Assembly (NCBI GenBank): GCA_963805855.1
Contig: CAWDVW010000005.1
Location: 960,001 to 1,024,000 of the forward strand
DNA length: 64,000 nucleotides
Reading direction: 5' to 3'
Source: Candidatus Dadabacteria bacterium
GTDB taxonomy: Bacteria; Desulfobacterota_D; UBA1144; Nemesobacterales; CSP1-2
Position numbers and translations under genes: made by a program. The notes beneath the pieces were generated by a model. The model did not search any database. It was not told the origin of the DNA and saw only the letters and a list, made by a program, of their open reading frames with translations. Shown piece by piece: positions 32,411 through 45,266 of the stretch; the stretch's first letter is position 1, and the number at the start of each line of letters is the position of its first letter.

Positions 32411-32698
32411 ATGAAAATAAGGCCGCTTCATGACAAGATTTTAGTAAAAAGGATAGATGTGCCTCAAACCACAAAGGGTGGGATCATTATTCCCGATACT
32501 GTTAAGGAAAAACCCCAGGAAGGAAAGGTCATTGCTGTTGGCAATGGACGGATCATGGAGGACGGGAAGGTAATGCCCCTCGAGGTGAAAAAGGGTGACA
32601 AGATCCTATTCAGCAAATACGGCGGGACAGAGATCAATATAGAAGGGGAAGAATATCTGATCCTTGATGAAAACGATGTCCTAGCCATTACGACATAA
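32411..32698 (+). CDS. groES: Co-chaperonin GroES (copy 2)
   Basis: [20 protein letters not shown] after AGGAGG RBS. Confidence 0.97.
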   Translation: MKIRPLHDKILVKRIDVPQTTKGGIIIPDTVKEKPQEGKVIAVGNGRIMEDGKVMPLEVKKGDKILFSKYGGTEINIEGEEYLILDENDVLAITT

Positions 32699-34360
<1,662 letters not shown>

Positions 34361-34460
34361 GAGTCATTTGTACCAAAGGGAGGGGCGGAGTTCCGCTCCT
34401 TCTGATTATTTCATTACATCAATCCAGTTCTGAGTTTGTCGAAGGGACTGGCAGGCTTAA

Positions 34461-34526
34461 ATGTAGCGGAAACCTTTAGGTTTCCATTTCATTGATCTTA
34501 TGGAGGACTAAAGTCCTCCGCTACAT
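34461..34526. repeat. GTAG-type REP doublet
   Basis: atgtagcgga...tccgctacat ends with two internal hairpins; half-copy at 26968-26993. Confidence 0.7.
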
Positions 34527-34645
34527 CTCCAATTAACCGACAATATCGACGGTCACAGATCTCCTCCCCGATCTCTGTAGTGAGTTCTGCCGAACGGCTC
34601 CTGACAGAATCGAGTCCTCAATCACAGAAACCGTTAGTCAATTCG

Positions 34646-35308
34646 CTACGTAATGCTCGTCCGAGCCTTCGGTTCATATTTCATTTTTCCAAGTTCAATG
34701 TATGTTTTAGTGTCGCTTTTTTGAGATAAAAACAAGGTTAGATCCTTTGGCTCGTCTATATCAAGTGCAATTCTGGGCATGTGATATATGTCGAATTCAA
34801 TTCCCCTTTTCTTTGCTTCTTCGATATGTTTATTAAAGCTGTCATACCCAAACCTTGAAGGAAAAGCATCAGGGGGTCTTCTAAGAATGGCATTAGTACC
34901 CAGCCCGTCCCTGGCGGGGACTAGGATTGCCGAAGGGTGCGGCTTTTCTCTCTCCAAAATATAGTCTACATCTTCCGGTCTAATGAGCGGGACATCACCT
35001 GGAATGACGAAAACTGATCCCGCCCCAAGATCCTTGCAGACATTCGAACTAAAATCAATCGAGATGCTCTCGCTTTCCTGCTTAGCCTCCCTTATAACTT
35101 CGATATCTAAGCTCCTTGCAAGTTCGGTAGCGAGCCCGTCTGAGGTAACCACAAAGAGTTTTGTTAAAAGTTTAGAGCCCCTTAGTGCCGTCAGTACATC
35201 GTCCAGCATTGTGTAAGCTAATTTAGTCCTATCACTTTGAGAAAGCACCGGAGAGAGCCTTTCCTTTGCGCGTGACAGGTCCTTCACGGGAACAATGGCA
35301 ATTCTCAT
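34646..35308 (-). CDS. cofC: 2-phospho-L-lactate/PEP guanylyltransferase (F420 biosynthesis)
   Basis: IVPVK....AK.RL, PGDVPL, DG.GTNA, FG..SF..H, DIDEP.DL. Confidence 0.9.
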   Translation of the reverse strand: MRIAIVPVKDLSRAKERLSPVLSQSDRTKLAYTMLDDVLTALRGSKLLTKLFVVTSDGLATELARSLDIEVIREAKQESESISIDFSSNVCKDLGAGSVFVIPGDVPLIRPEDVDYILEREKPHPSAILVPARDGLGTNAILRRPPDAFPSRFGYDSFNKHIEEAKKRGIEFDIYHMPRIALDIDEPKDLTLFLSQKSDTKTYIELGKMKYEPKARTSIT

Positions 35309-35444
35309 GTGAAACAATTTACAGTAGTTTAAGGACCTTTTCCATAGTCTGTGTGAACCAAGCAAGACTAATTGCTATATAATTTACGTATATATGATCT
35401 TTAAGCATCGATTAGTATTCTAGACCAAGTCACTATTGCATAAT

Positions 35445-36125
35445 ATGGCAAAGAAACCACATTATCTTGCTCACAGAAGCCGCCTAAGGAAAAGATTTAG
35501 AAAAACAGATGGCAACGGCCTCCATGAGCACGAATTACTCGAGCTCCTATTAACCTATGCAATTCCGAGAATTGATGTAAAACCGATTGCAAAACGACTC
35601 CTTGAGCGCTTTGGAGGGATTTCCGGAGTCCTTGACGCCAGTCAAGGAGAAATCGAGGGAATCATCGGTGTAGGACCAGTTTCAGCTACCCTCATACGCC
35701 TGGTAAAAGCCTTATGCGTTTCATGTTCGTCACAGAGAATGAGAAATAAGGATATCCTCTCTTCACCAGAGTCTGTTCTGGATTTCTCACGGTTAAAACT
35801 CAAAGGGCTGTCAAATGAAGCGCTGATGGCTATATATGTTAACGTGAAGAATCAGGTCATAGACTATGAAATGCTTAATGAAGGCACCGTCGATAATGTA
35901 GTAATTTATCCAAGACGAATAATTGAGGGAGCGTTAAGGTATCACGCTTCCGGCTTAATTATCGTTCATAACCATCCGAGCGGAAATCCGGAGCCATCCG
36001 AAGAGGACAGGGTATTAACAAGCTCCTTATCAGAAATATCAAAAACACTGGATATAAGGCTCCTAGATCATATCATCGTGGGAAGAGATGGTCATTTCAG
36101 TTTCAGGGAAAGGAAAGCGCTATGA
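35445..36125 (+). CDS. radC: RadC family JAB-domain protein
   Basis: HR.RLR, ELLELLL, GTVD...YPR, HNHPSG..PS..D, LDHII. Confidence 0.93.
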   Translation: MAKKPHYLAHRSRLRKRFRKTDGNGLHEHELLELLLTYAIPRIDVKPIAKRLLERFGGISGVLDASQGEIEGIIGVGPVSATLIRLVKALCVSCSSQRMRNKDILSSPESVLDFSRLKLKGLSNEALMAIYVNVKNQVIDYEMLNEGTVDNVVIYPRRIIEGALRYHASGLIIVHNHPSGNPEPSEEDRVLTSSLSEISKTLDIRLLDHIIVGRDGHFSFRERKAL

Positions 36126-36399
36126 TCCAAGCGGGTTTGGAAAATCCCGCCTATCGATATGTCATATGAGGAAAAGTGTCAGGCATGCAAATTGACAGAT
36201 TGCACTATATTAAAACAGGATTTTGGTAACGCCCTTTGACTGAGCTCAGCGCGATCGGGTTCTTATACACATATTGAGATGACACCTTGATACGTCATAA
36301 GGATATTAATCGTCGCCGATAGTCGGGACTTTCGAGTCCCGAGTGGATCTACATTTTTAATTTTTTACATGTATATTTAAACAACTACCAACGCAAGTA

Positions 36400-37041
36400 A
36401 TGAAAATGGAACTGGAAGAACTCATAAAATCTGAGGAAGCAGAGAGAGAGCAAAAACTCGAAAGGGCCCTGGAAGTAGCAAAAAGGGAATGGGGAAATAT
36501 CAGGATATCATTAAAACTCTGCGGGGATATAGGAGAGTTCTCTGAAGAAGATTTTATGATAGGCATTATCGATGAAGACGTAATAATCAGAGAGCCTGAG
36601 AAAAGCCCCACGAAATCGGTCTCGTTTTATGCACCTACTTTCTATCCCATGTATCTTATAAAAAACCTCGTTTCAATGGACGAGAAGCTGGAAGAACATG
36701 GATACAAAACGGTAGAAGCCCTCTATGTGTTCATAGAGCTTGTCACCAAGGCCGTGGAACGGCTTGGTTTGGTAGGCACCTTCAGCATGGCTTTCGGTTC
36801 CGGGTACGCGAGCGTGAGAACCGGCTGGACAGCAGAGAAGGGTCTCCCGGTAGAGAGAGAAATTTTCTTCAAAATGTTCTTCAAGAGTACAAAGAAGAAT
36901 TTTGACTGGGAGTTCTTTTGGACATCGGTAGGAGAGAAACTAAAGATCATATTCGACAGATTCTTGGCCTGGCAAAACGACCAAGCACTATATCAAAGAG
37001 AAGTAAGACCAAAGTCAATAATAAAACCAATGATGGTTTAA
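36400..37041 (+). CDS. Hypothetical protein
   Basis: 213-aa ORF with host-like composition; no family recognised. Confidence 0.75.
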   Translation: MKMELEELIKSEEAEREQKLERALEVAKREWGNIRISLKLCGDIGEFSEEDFMIGIIDEDVIIREPEKSPTKSVSFYAPTFYPMYLIKNLVSMDEKLEEHGYKTVEALYVFIELVTKAVERLGLVGTFSMAFGSGYASVRTGWTAEKGLPVEREIFFKMFFKSTKKNFDWEFFWTSVGEKLKIIFDRFLAWQNDQALYQREVRPKSIIKPMMV

Positions 37042-37074
37042 AACTTGTAAATAACGAAATCGCATTATTGCTCT

Positions 37075-38439
37075 TTAGAAGATTCCCAAATCGTCGTATT
37101 CGTCATCCGCAATATCCCCGAAGCTAGGAACGCCTCGACTATCTGCCAAGAACCTAAGCTTTACCACACCCGTAGGCCCGTTTCTCTGCTTCCCGATGAT
37201 TATCTCTGCTAAGCCATCCCTTTCGTCCGCGTTTTTCCGGTAGGCATCCGCCCTATGAATGAAGACAACGACGTCAGCATCCTGCTCGAGCGCCCCGCTT
37301 TCCCTTAGATCGGCAAGCTGTGGACGCCTATCTGAGCGGGTTTCTGTCTGTCGACTTAGCTGTGAAACCGCTATAACGGGCAGGCTTAGCTCTTTCGCGA
37401 GGCTTTTTAGAGAGCCAGAAATCTCTGCAATCTCACGCTCCCTTGTCTCTGATACGCCGGTCCCTCTCATTAGTTGAAGATAATCGACAATAACAAGGTC
37501 CAAGCCCTTATCTTTCTTCTGCCTCCTTGCCTTTGCTCTAAGCTCTAAAACACTAATGGCGGGCGTATCGTCAATATATATCTTCGCCTTTCCAAACGTA
37601 TCAGCTGTTTTTATAAGCTTTTTCAAATCGCCTTCGTTAATGTAACCGCTCCTGATATCTGAATAATTCACCTTCGCGCTTGCCGCCAGAAGCCTCAACA
37701 TAAGTTGCTCTTTGGTCATTTCTAAAGAAAAAATCCCGACCTTAAACCCAAAATTTATAGCTGCATGCGTTGCAATATCCAGGCAAAAGGAAGTTTTTCC
37801 AAGTCCAGGCCTGGCTGCAACTATTATCAAATCAGCAGGTTGAAGTCCGCAGGTCATATGGTCAAGTCTCTCAAATCCAGTCGGAACACCGGTAATAAGC
37901 TCTTTCCTCGAATGAAGTGTTTCAATTATCTCTAATGCCTTCGCAGCTAGCTCCCTGCTTTCAAAGAAACTCGGTTTCACACGATGCTGTGCAACATCGA
38001 GTATCGCGTGTTCTGCCCGGTCAATAAACTCATCAACGTTTATTCCCTCTTCTTGCCCGCGACTCGCTATCTCAGTCGCGGCAATAACGAGCCTCCGAAG
38101 AATGGATTTCTCTTTTACCAACCTCGCGTAGTATTCGATATTGACCGTCGTCGGTACTATTTCCGTTAGATAGGTGAGATAGGAGCTTCCACCGACCTCT
38201 TCCAGGATATGACCATCAGACTTCAAGTAATCAAAGAGCGAGAGAATATCGATCGGTTTGTTATTTCTTTCAAGGTCAACCATTGCATCAAACATTTTTC
38301 TATGCGATTCCCTGTAGAAATCTTCGTTTATTAATATATTGAGGACCTGATTTATAAGATCTCCATCTATTAAAATCGCGCCAAGCACGGCCTGCTCAGC
38401 CTCTATATTCTGTGGTAATGGTCTTGCTAGATTCGCCAT
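37075..38439 (-). CDS. dnaB: Replicative DNA helicase
   Basis: EAEQAVLG, AARPGLGKT, FSLEM, VDYLQL, DLRESG.LEQDAD, KQRNGP. Confidence 0.98.
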   Translation of the reverse strand: MANLARPLPQNIEAEQAVLGAILIDGDLINQVLNILINEDFYRESHRKMFDAMVDLERNNKPIDILSLFDYLKSDGHILEEVGGSSYLTYLTEIVPTTVNIEYYARLVKEKSILRRLVIAATEIASRGQEEGINVDEFIDRAEHAILDVAQHRVKPSFFESRELAAKALEIIETLHSRKELITGVPTGFERLDHMTCGLQPADLIIVAARPGLGKTSFCLDIATHAAINFGFKVGIFSLEMTKEQLMLRLLAASAKVNYSDIRSGYINEGDLKKLIKTADTFGKAKIYIDDTPAISVLELRAKARRQKKDKGLDLVIVDYLQLMRGTGVSETREREIAEISGSLKSLAKELSLPVIAVSQLSRQTETRSDRRPQLADLRESGALEQDADVVVFIHRADAYRKNADERDGLAEIIIGKQRNGPTGVVKLRFLADSRGVPSFGDIADDEYDDLGIF

Positions 38440-38516
38440 ATAGAATCTTAAGAGAAACTGTAAATTGATCTATCTCTACTTAATAACTTAGAAGCTTTAA
38501 TTCCCCCAATACGAGC

Positions 38517-39239
38517 CTACACGCCCATAGATAATCTATAAGCTAACCTTTTATCAAGGCCGGCAGCAATTATCTTCTCTTGAGCTGTCATTATATCATA
38601 TTCAAGCCTAAAGAACTTTATAGTTTTTTCATCATGCTCGTAGATAAGAAAAGATGCCCTAGGATCCCTATCGCGTGGCTGTCCGACGCTTCCCGGATTT
38701 ATAAGGTAGAAATTTTCCTCGGATAGCTCGACCTCATCATTGGTAAAGCCTTCCACTCGACCATGTGAATAGACGTAATATACCTTTACATGGGTATGAC
38801 CAAAGAAACAGATCTTCGCTTCAATCATGAGATTGATCTCTAAGAAGGCTTCAGAGCTCGAAAATATATATAAATCCGGATCCGATATCGCGCCGTGTAC
38901 GATTAGAAAATCCTCAATCTGCCTCTGATGCGGAAGGCTAAAGAGAAAATCCCTGTTCTCATCGGTGAGTTCATTCCTTGTCCAAAGTGCTGCATCCCTG
39001 GCTATAGGATTGAAATTATAGGGCTCGCCTCTGCCACACGCTACCATATCGTGGTTTCCAATGACTGAAGTAAGCTGCCTCTCCCTTACTATATCTAAAC
39101 ATTCATTCGGGCTTGCGCCATAACCCACGATATCGCCAAGACAGACAATCTTATCTACGCCCATACCATCTATTTCAGATAGAGTCCTTTCGAATGCCTC
39201 AAGATTAGAATGAATATCTGAGATGACAGCATAATTCAT
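38517..39239 (-). CDS. Metallophosphoesterase (calcineurin-like)
   Basis: SDIHSN, GDIVGYG, GNHD, GHTH, NPGSVGQPRD. Confidence 0.92.
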   Translation of the reverse strand: MNYAVISDIHSNLEAFERTLSEIDGMGVDKIVCLGDIVGYGASPNECLDIVRERQLTSVIGNHDMVACGRGEPYNFNPIARDAALWTRNELTDENRDFLFSLPHQRQIEDFLIVHGAISDPDLYIFSSSEAFLEINLMIEAKICFFGHTHVKVYYVYSHGRVEGFTNDEVELSEENFYLINPGSVGQPRDRDPRASFLIYEHDEKTIKFFRLEYDIMTAQEKIIAAGLDKRLAYRLSMGV

Positions 39240-39254
39240 AGATAATAGACCCAT

Positions 39255-40589
39255 TCATATTCCCTGCTTCAGGATTACTATTCCAATGTCCATAACATTG
39301 GTGCCCGTCGGTCCCACTTTGACGAGTGCTCCCAGTCTATCAAAGAACCTGTAAGAGTCATTTTGCGCGAGGAACTCCCTGGCGCTAAGTTTCATTTCGC
39401 GTGCTATTTTTCTTGTGTCTCCATCACATATAGCTCCGGTTGCGTCTGTGGGGCCGTCAATGCCGTCGGTACCGCAAAAGAGCCCTAATATATTATGATC
39501 CATTATCTCCATAGAAAATGACAAAGCAGTCTCTGTATTTCTTCCACCCTTTCCGGCACCATTAATGGTAACTGACGTCTCACCGCCAAATATTATGCAC
39601 GCCGGTTTTTTCACAGGGGTGTTAAATCTTTCGATATCAAACGCGATCGCAGCTATAACCTTTGCCACTTCTCTAGCCTCACCCGAGACCTGGGATGAGA
39701 GCAGAAAGGTGTTATATCCCAGCTCTTTTGCCTTTCTCTTTGCAGCTATGAGAGACTTAAAATTACTTCCCACAATTGTGGTCTGAACCCCCTTTGGATC
39801 ATATTCATATTCCTTCAGGGTTTCAGGTAGGTGTCCCCTCCTACCCTCTTCCAAATGCACCATCACCTGTGGTGGGACTCTATGCTCAAGCCTAAGGGCT
39901 TCTATTACACGACAAGCATCATTGAATGTAGTAGGATCCGGAACCGTTGGTCCTGAGGCAATTGCGTCAAGCCTGTCACCAACGACATTAGAAAGTATCA
40001 GTGTTATAACTTGCGACGGAAACGCCTTTTTGAGGAGACCACCGCCTTTAATCTGAGATATATGTTTCCTAACTGCATTGAGTCCATACTTATCTACCCC
40101 TGAGTTAAGCAGCATTAAAGTGGTGTTCTGTTTGTCCTTCAATGAAATCCCCGACGCCGGCATTGCAAGAAGGGCACTCCCGCCACCAGAGATTAGGAAA
40201 ATCACAAGATCACGTTCATCGGTTCTCTCAAGAAGGTTCAATACTTCATTAGCAGCACGGAGGCTTCTCCTATCAGGCACTGGATGACTAGATAGATAGA
40301 ACCTTGATCTTTCAAAGTCAAATTGAGGCTCTGAATTTGACACCACGATTCCATCCTTGATCCTTTTTCCTAAGACATCCTCGACCGCCCTGGCCATTGC
40401 AGAGGCAGCTTTTCCAAATGCTATAACGTACAAAGACCTGAATAGATCTAGATTGTAGGTCCGAGAATCAACTCTAAACTTGTTTCCTCTTAGCTCTACA
40501 TGATCCAAAACACACCTCATGGGATCAGCCGCCTTAAGTGCTTCCTGATAAATATCAATAACGTGGTCTTTAGTGTGATGAGAGAACAT
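39255..40589 (-). CDS. Glycerate 2-kinase (DUF4147/MOFRL)
   Basis: GKAA..M, HPVPD, LISGGGSAL, SGPT, GGET, TDGIDG, GPTGTNVMD. Confidence 0.9.
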   Translation of the reverse strand: MFSHHTKDHVIDIYQEALKAADPMRCVLDHVELRGNKFRVDSRTYNLDLFRSLYVIAFGKAASAMARAVEDVLGKRIKDGIVVSNSEPQFDFERSRFYLSSHPVPDRRSLRAANEVLNLLERTDERDLVIFLISGGGSALLAMPASGISLKDKQNTTLMLLNSGVDKYGLNAVRKHISQIKGGGLLKKAFPSQVITLILSNVVGDRLDAIASGPTVPDPTTFNDACRVIEALRLEHRVPPQVMVHLEEGRRGHLPETLKEYEYDPKGVQTTIVGSNFKSLIAAKRKAKELGYNTFLLSSQVSGEAREVAKVIAAIAFDIERFNTPVKKPACIIFGGETSVTINGAGKGGRNTETALSFSMEIMDHNILGLFCGTDGIDGPTDATGAICDGDTRKIAREMKLSAREFLAQNDSYRFFDRLGALVKVGPTGTNVMDIGIVILKQGI

Positions 40590-40625
40590 TCGTATTTCAG
40601 AACGATGAAAATCTTAAATATGAAT

Positions 40626-41099
40626 TCATTCCATTTTAATCCTTTCTATAACCCGATCTATCTTTGCCTTGGTTAGATTCTCGTGCAACTCGTTGTCAAC
40701 TAGCATGACAGGCGCAGTCCCGCACGAAGCTAGACACTCGGCTTCTAAGAGAGTGATTCTGCCATCGGGTGTTGTTTCTCCGACTTTTATACCCAATTTT
40801 TCGCCCAGATAATGCTCTACCTGCCCAGCGCCTCTTAGAGCGCAAGACAGCGTTCTGCATTGCCAAATGATATGCTTCCCAACAGGTTTCGTAAAAAACA
40901 TAGTATAGAACGTGGCAACGTTTTGAACATTTGACGCGGGAATCCCAAGGATCTCAGCCGTCTCTTTCATTGATTCATTTGAGAGCCATCCATACTCACT
41001 CTGAACCTCACGAAGCACCGGGATAAGCGCGGCCTGATTTGTTTGAGATTTAGACAAAACTTCGCTAATTTTTCCTTTGAGTTTTTCTGAAAAAGGCAT
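40626..41099 (-). CDS. nuoE: NADH-quinone oxidoreductase subunit E-like 2Fe-2S protein
   Basis: VATFYTMF, CRTLSC, ECLASC..AP. Confidence 0.88.
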   Translation of the reverse strand: MPFSEKLKGKISEVLSKSQTNQAALIPVLREVQSEYGWLSNESMKETAEILGIPASNVQNVATFYTMFFTKPVGKHIIWQCRTLSCALRGAGQVEHYLGEKLGIKVGETTPDGRITLLEAECLASCGTAPVMLVDNELHENLTKAKIDRVIERIKME

Positions 41100-41224
41100 G
41101 CGGGATAGATTCTCCTAGAGAGATAGACGATATTTAAACTAACATGGTTTGTATGCGTGTCAAGAAAGATTAGACAAGGGTAAATCAGATTTAGAGATTT
41201 AAGATGTATCTCGCGATATTTTAA

Positions 41225-41252
41225 GTAGAGACGCAAAATTTTGCGTCTCTAC
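41225..41252. repeat. GTAG-type REP palindrome (copy 2)
   Basis: Identical to 21829-21856. Confidence 0.85.
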
Positions 41253-41314
41253 GGCTAGGAATTTCAATGTTGTTGTAAGGAGTTATAAAATTCTTTACCC
41301 TTAATGAACAATAT

Positions 41315-41722
41315 ATGTTTCTCAAATTATTGCTCCTATTTATTGTAATCCCGATCATTGAAATCGCGATACTCGTTAAGATAGGAACCCTTTTAGGTTT
41401 TTTGCCCACAATGCTCATAGTAATCGCAACTGGAATTTTGGGTGCGACGTTGGCCAGAATTCAGGGTTTTTTGGTCTTAACGAGAATTCGCGTTGAACTT
41501 CAGATGGGCAGGATGCCGGCGGAAGAATTAATCGACGGTCTCTTAATATTGATAGGAGGAATTTTGCTACTAACTCCTGGACTGTTGACCGACCTAATAG
41601 GTTTCCTGATGCTCATTCAATGGAGCAGAAAATTATTCAAAAAATGGCTAGGCAAAAGATTCAGGCAGTGGGTACAATCACGAAATGCAAGGATCACCAA
41701 TGTTCACGGCGAAAAACCATGA
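41315..41722 (+). CDS. fxsA: FxsA family membrane protein
   Basis: P.IEI, LA+.QG, GG.LLLTPG..TD..G. Confidence 0.9.
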   Translation: MFLKLLLLFIVIPIIEIAILVKIGTLLGFLPTMLIVIATGILGATLARIQGFLVLTRIRVELQMGRMPAEELIDGLLILIGGILLLTPGLLTDLIGFLMLIQWSRKLFKKWLGKRFRQWVQSRNARITNVHGEKP

Positions 41723-41819
41723 AATCTCCGACACGCTATGGTAACATGATTTTATATCACTTTTCATAATTCCTGTAAGAATGCAAACTAGTCGTTGTAA
41801 CCCTTAAGGAGAGTTCATC

Positions 41820-42284
41820 ATGCTTGACCTATTTAAAAGCATTTTCGATAAAAAGAGTTATAAAGAAATTCAGAAAGGATCAATCGACCAGCAACAGAAA
41901 TTGAAGATCGCCACCTGTGTCATCCTGCTCGAAGCTGTCACAGCAGACGACACGCTTTCCGATCAGGAATTACACACGATAATTGAATTACTTAAATCAA
42001 AGTACGATATGACCGACACCCAGGTAAATGAATTGATCGAAACCTCTAAAAGAGAGCGTGAAGACTCTGCAGATCTCTGGTATTTCACTAATCTCATAAA
42101 CGAAAACCTTACAATGGATGAAAAGTACGATTTAATGGTAATGATATGGGAGGCTATCTACTCAGATGGCACGCTTGATAAGTATGAGAATTATATCGCA
42201 CATAAATTGAGAAATCTCTTAAATCTTGATCACACAAAATTCATCGACATCAAATTAAAGGTCAAGGAAGAGATGTTAAAATAA
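41820..42284 (+). CDS. TerB-family protein
   Basis: ILLE...AD...E, DLWYFT..IN, W..IY.DG.LD.YE. Confidence 0.8.
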   Translation: MLDLFKSIFDKKSYKEIQKGSIDQQQKLKIATCVILLEAVTADDTLSDQELHTIIELLKSKYDMTDTQVNELIETSKREREDSADLWYFTNLINENLTMDEKYDLMVMIWEAIYSDGTLDKYENYIAHKLRNLLNLDHTKFIDIKLKVKEEMLK

Positions 42285-42302
42285 AAAACACAAATTCAGT
42301 TT

Positions 42303-42947
42303 TCATGCCCGAACTGCTCTACTACTCTTTAGCATATTTAGAAATTCCTTCACCTCACTTGATTTCACCTTCATTGTGACCTTATTCACTACCAGTTTTG
42401 CTGTTATATTTGCTATGGTTTCAATTTCTACTAAATTATTCTTCCGAAGTGTTTCGCCGGTTGCACTCAAATCCACTATAACATCTGAAAGACCCACAAT
42501 TGGAGCTAGTTCAACCGACCCATAGAGTTTTACTATGTCAGTTGTAATCCCCTTCTTTACAAAATGTTCAAAAGAGGTCCTAGGATACTTAGTTGCAACC
42601 CTTAGAAGCCTCGATGTAGGAAACTTGAATCCCATCGGTCCTGCAACCACAAGCTTGCATTTACCAATTCCGAGATCGAGTGGTTCGTATAAATCGTGTT
42701 TTTCTTCAATCAACGTATCCTTCCCTACTATTCCACAGTCTGCTGCTCCATATTCCACATAGGAAGGCACGTCATAAGGACGCACAATCAAGATCTTTAA
42801 TCCAACTTCCGGGTATTCATAGATCAGTCTTCTGGAATCGGCGTAAATCTCACCGACTGGTAGTCCGGCCCTTATTAGTACCCTGGCAGCTTCTTTCAAT
42901 AGCCTGCCTCGGGCGATTGCAAGTGTTATCAATCTTTCTCCCTCCAT
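42303..42947 (-). CDS. hisG: ATP phosphoribosyltransferase, short form
   Basis: [32 protein letters not shown]. Confidence 0.95.
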   Translation of the reverse strand: MEGERLITLAIARGRLLKEAARVLIRAGLPVGEIYADSRRLIYEYPEVGLKILIVRPYDVPSYVEYGAADCGIVGKDTLIEEKHDLYEPLDLGIGKCKLVVAGPMGFKFPTSRLLRVATKYPRTSFEHFVKKGITTDIVKLYGSVELAPIVGLSDVIVDLSATGETLRKNNLVEIETIANITAKLVVNKVTMKVKSSEVKEFLNMLKSSRAVRA

Positions 42948-44185
42948 ATTCTCGCACCAGCAGCTTCAAGCTTCTTATCCAGCCTCTCGTAGCCACGGTC
43001 GAGATGATAAACCCTCGATATCACTGATTTTCCGCTAGCGGCCAGTCCAGCCAAGACAAGTGATGCGCTGGCTCTGAGATCGCTTGCCATTGTAGGGGCC
43101 GCGCTCAGAAGAGAAATCCCCCTTACAACGGCGCTATTACCTACTAACTTTATATCTGCGCCCATCCTCCTTAATTCACCTGCATGCATAAACCTCTGTG
43201 GAAAAATATTCTCGGTTATAACGCTGAGGCCGTCCGCTACGCTCATCATTGTCATCATCTGAGCCTGCATGTCTGTAGGAAACCCCGGATACGGAAGTGT
43301 ATTTATATCTACGCTCTTTATCCTCTCGTTTCCCCTTACTCTTATTCCGCCGTCATGCCTTGAAATTTCTGCCCCTGCCTCAATCAATTTTCCAATGACA
43401 GCACCAACATTCTCAAATCTGCATTTCCTAATCAGTAGATCGCCCTGTGTAATAGCTGAAGCTACCATCAAAGTCCCCGCCTCGATCCTATCCGGCATAA
43501 CCTCATGCTGTTCCACGGGTGAAAGCCTCTGAACCCCATGAATCGTTATAATATCCGTGCCCGCACCCTCGATTTTAGCACCCATTTTGTTTAGAACGTT
43601 CGCAAGCTCCACAATCTCAGGTTCACATGCAGCATTCAGCAACATCGTCTCCCCCTCTGCCAGAACGGCGGCAAGCATCATGTTTTCTGTGCCTGTGACC
43701 GTAGATACATCAAACGGAACGATATTACCTCTAAGCCTCGAAGCAGAGGTTTCGATATACCCCTCTTCAATCTCAATATCAGCACCCAGAATTCCAATCC
43801 CCTTCAAATGTTGATCGATTGGCCGCTCTCCAATCGCACAACCCCCCGGAAGGGATACCCTAGCACGCCCGAATCTCGCCGTAAGCGGGCCAAGCACGAG
43901 TACCGAAGCGCGCATTGTCCTAACTAGCTCATACGGCGCAACCCAATTGTTAATTCCGGTGCTATCAATTAAAAGGTTGCCATCTTCATACTCAACTTCA
44001 GCGCCCAGTATTCTAAGGAGCTTCGACATCGTTCTTACATCTAAAAGATCAGGCACATTCGTAAAGGTATTTCTACCCTCGGTGAGTAAACATGCCGGCA
44101 TCAGGGCAAGTACTGCGTTTTTTGCTCCGCTGACAACCACCTCTCCCTCGAGTCTCCTTGAACCCTCTATAACTATATTATCCAT
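42929..44185 (-). CDS. murA: UDP-N-acetylglucosamine 1-carboxyvinyltransferase
   Basis: [34 protein letters not shown]. Confidence 0.97.
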   Translation of the reverse strand: MDNIVIEGSRRLEGEVVVSGAKNAVLALMPACLLTEGRNTFTNVPDLLDVRTMSKLLRILGAEVEYEDGNLLIDSTGINNWVAPYELVRTMRASVLVLGPLTARFGRARVSLPGGCAIGERPIDQHLKGIGILGADIEIEEGYIETSASRLRGNIVPFDVSTVTGTENMMLAAVLAEGETMLLNAACEPEIVELANVLNKMGAKIEGAGTDIITIHGVQRLSPVEQHEVMPDRIEAGTLMVASAITQGDLLIRKCRFENVGAVIGKLIEAGAEISRHDGGIRVRGNERIKSVDINTLPYPGFPTDMQAQMMTMMSVADGLSVITENIFPQRFMHAGELRRMGADIKLVGNSAVVRGISLLSAAPTMASDLRASASLVLAGLAASGKSVISRVYHLDRGYERLDKKLEAAGARIWREKD

Positions 44186-45018
44186 CTACCTTTAATTACC
44201 CTCTTAATTCCAGAAAGATCTTCTGAAAATGATATATCCCGATAACCACATGTTCTGAGTATTCCCTCTGCGTCGTTATTTTGCTGCCCCCCTATCTCCA
44301 TGATACACCATCCACCGTTTTTTAGTACAGAAGCTGCTCCTGCAGCCACACGTCTTATACAATCCAGACCATCTTCGCCTCCGTGGAGAGCCAAAATCGG
44401 CTCAAAATCCCTGATATCCGGTTCGAGCTCGAATAATTCCGTTCCCGATATATAAGGGGGATTCGAAACAACAATATCAAAGGACCTCTCCTTAACAAAA
44501 TTCATAACATCCGAATGGACGAAGGTGATATTGTGAACATCTAGCCTTTTTGCATTCTCCTTAGCAACTAAAATTGCATCAAATGAAATATCCGAGGCAA
44601 AGATCATCGAATCACGACGCTCACTTCCAATAGTAATAGCAATGCATCCACTTCCAGTACCGACATCAATTACAAACGGTGAAGACATATTCCCGATAAT
44701 ATTTAATGCTTCCTCCACCAGCTTTTCAGTTTCTGGTCTAGGAATAAGAACCTCCGAGCCAACAAAAAATTTTCTTGAGTAAAACTCCGTCTCGCCCAGA
44801 ATGTATCCGATTGGCTCTCTCCCTAACCTTCTCTCAATTATCTGCTCAAACTCTTTTAAGCTCTCCCCATCTATCTCAATCTCAGGCTGAGTATAAATAT
44901 CAATTTTATCTATCCCAAATACCTTAGAAATGAGTAAAGAGGTCTCTAGGGCTGGGTTATCAATGCCGGCACCTTTAATTTTATCTTTTCCAATCAAGTA
45001 CACTTCTTTCAGGGTCAT
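44173..45018 (-). CDS. prmC: Release factor glutamine methyltransferase
   Basis: [27 protein letters not shown]. Confidence 0.95.
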   Translation of the reverse strand: MTLKEVYLIGKDKIKGAGIDNPALETSLLISKVFGIDKIDIYTQPEIEIDGESLKEFEQIIERRLGREPIGYILGETEFYSRKFFVGSEVLIPRPETEKLVEEALNIIGNMSSPFVIDVGTGSGCIAITIGSERRDSMIFASDISFDAILVAKENAKRLDVHNITFVHSDVMNFVKERSFDIVVSNPPYISGTELFELEPDIRDFEPILALHGGEDGLDCIRRVAAGAASVLKNGGWCIMEIGGQQNNDAEGILRTCGYRDISFSEDLSGIKRVIKGRWII

Positions 45019-45266
45019 CTTTGATACACTAGTTTACCTTAAAAAACAATAAGATCTTATTCAGTTCTAAGTCATTTTCAAGCTAACCTGGCCGACGAGT
45101 TAGAAGAAGCCCCAAGGAAATTCTTGCCAGCACAGCCAATTAGGAAATATACGACGTGGCAGATGTATGAAACTTCCGAAATTCGAAAAATTAACAAATC
45201 ATATATAATCCATTAAGATATTCTCTTGGCAAAATATTACTATCGAGAACAAAACCGCAAGAGCCA

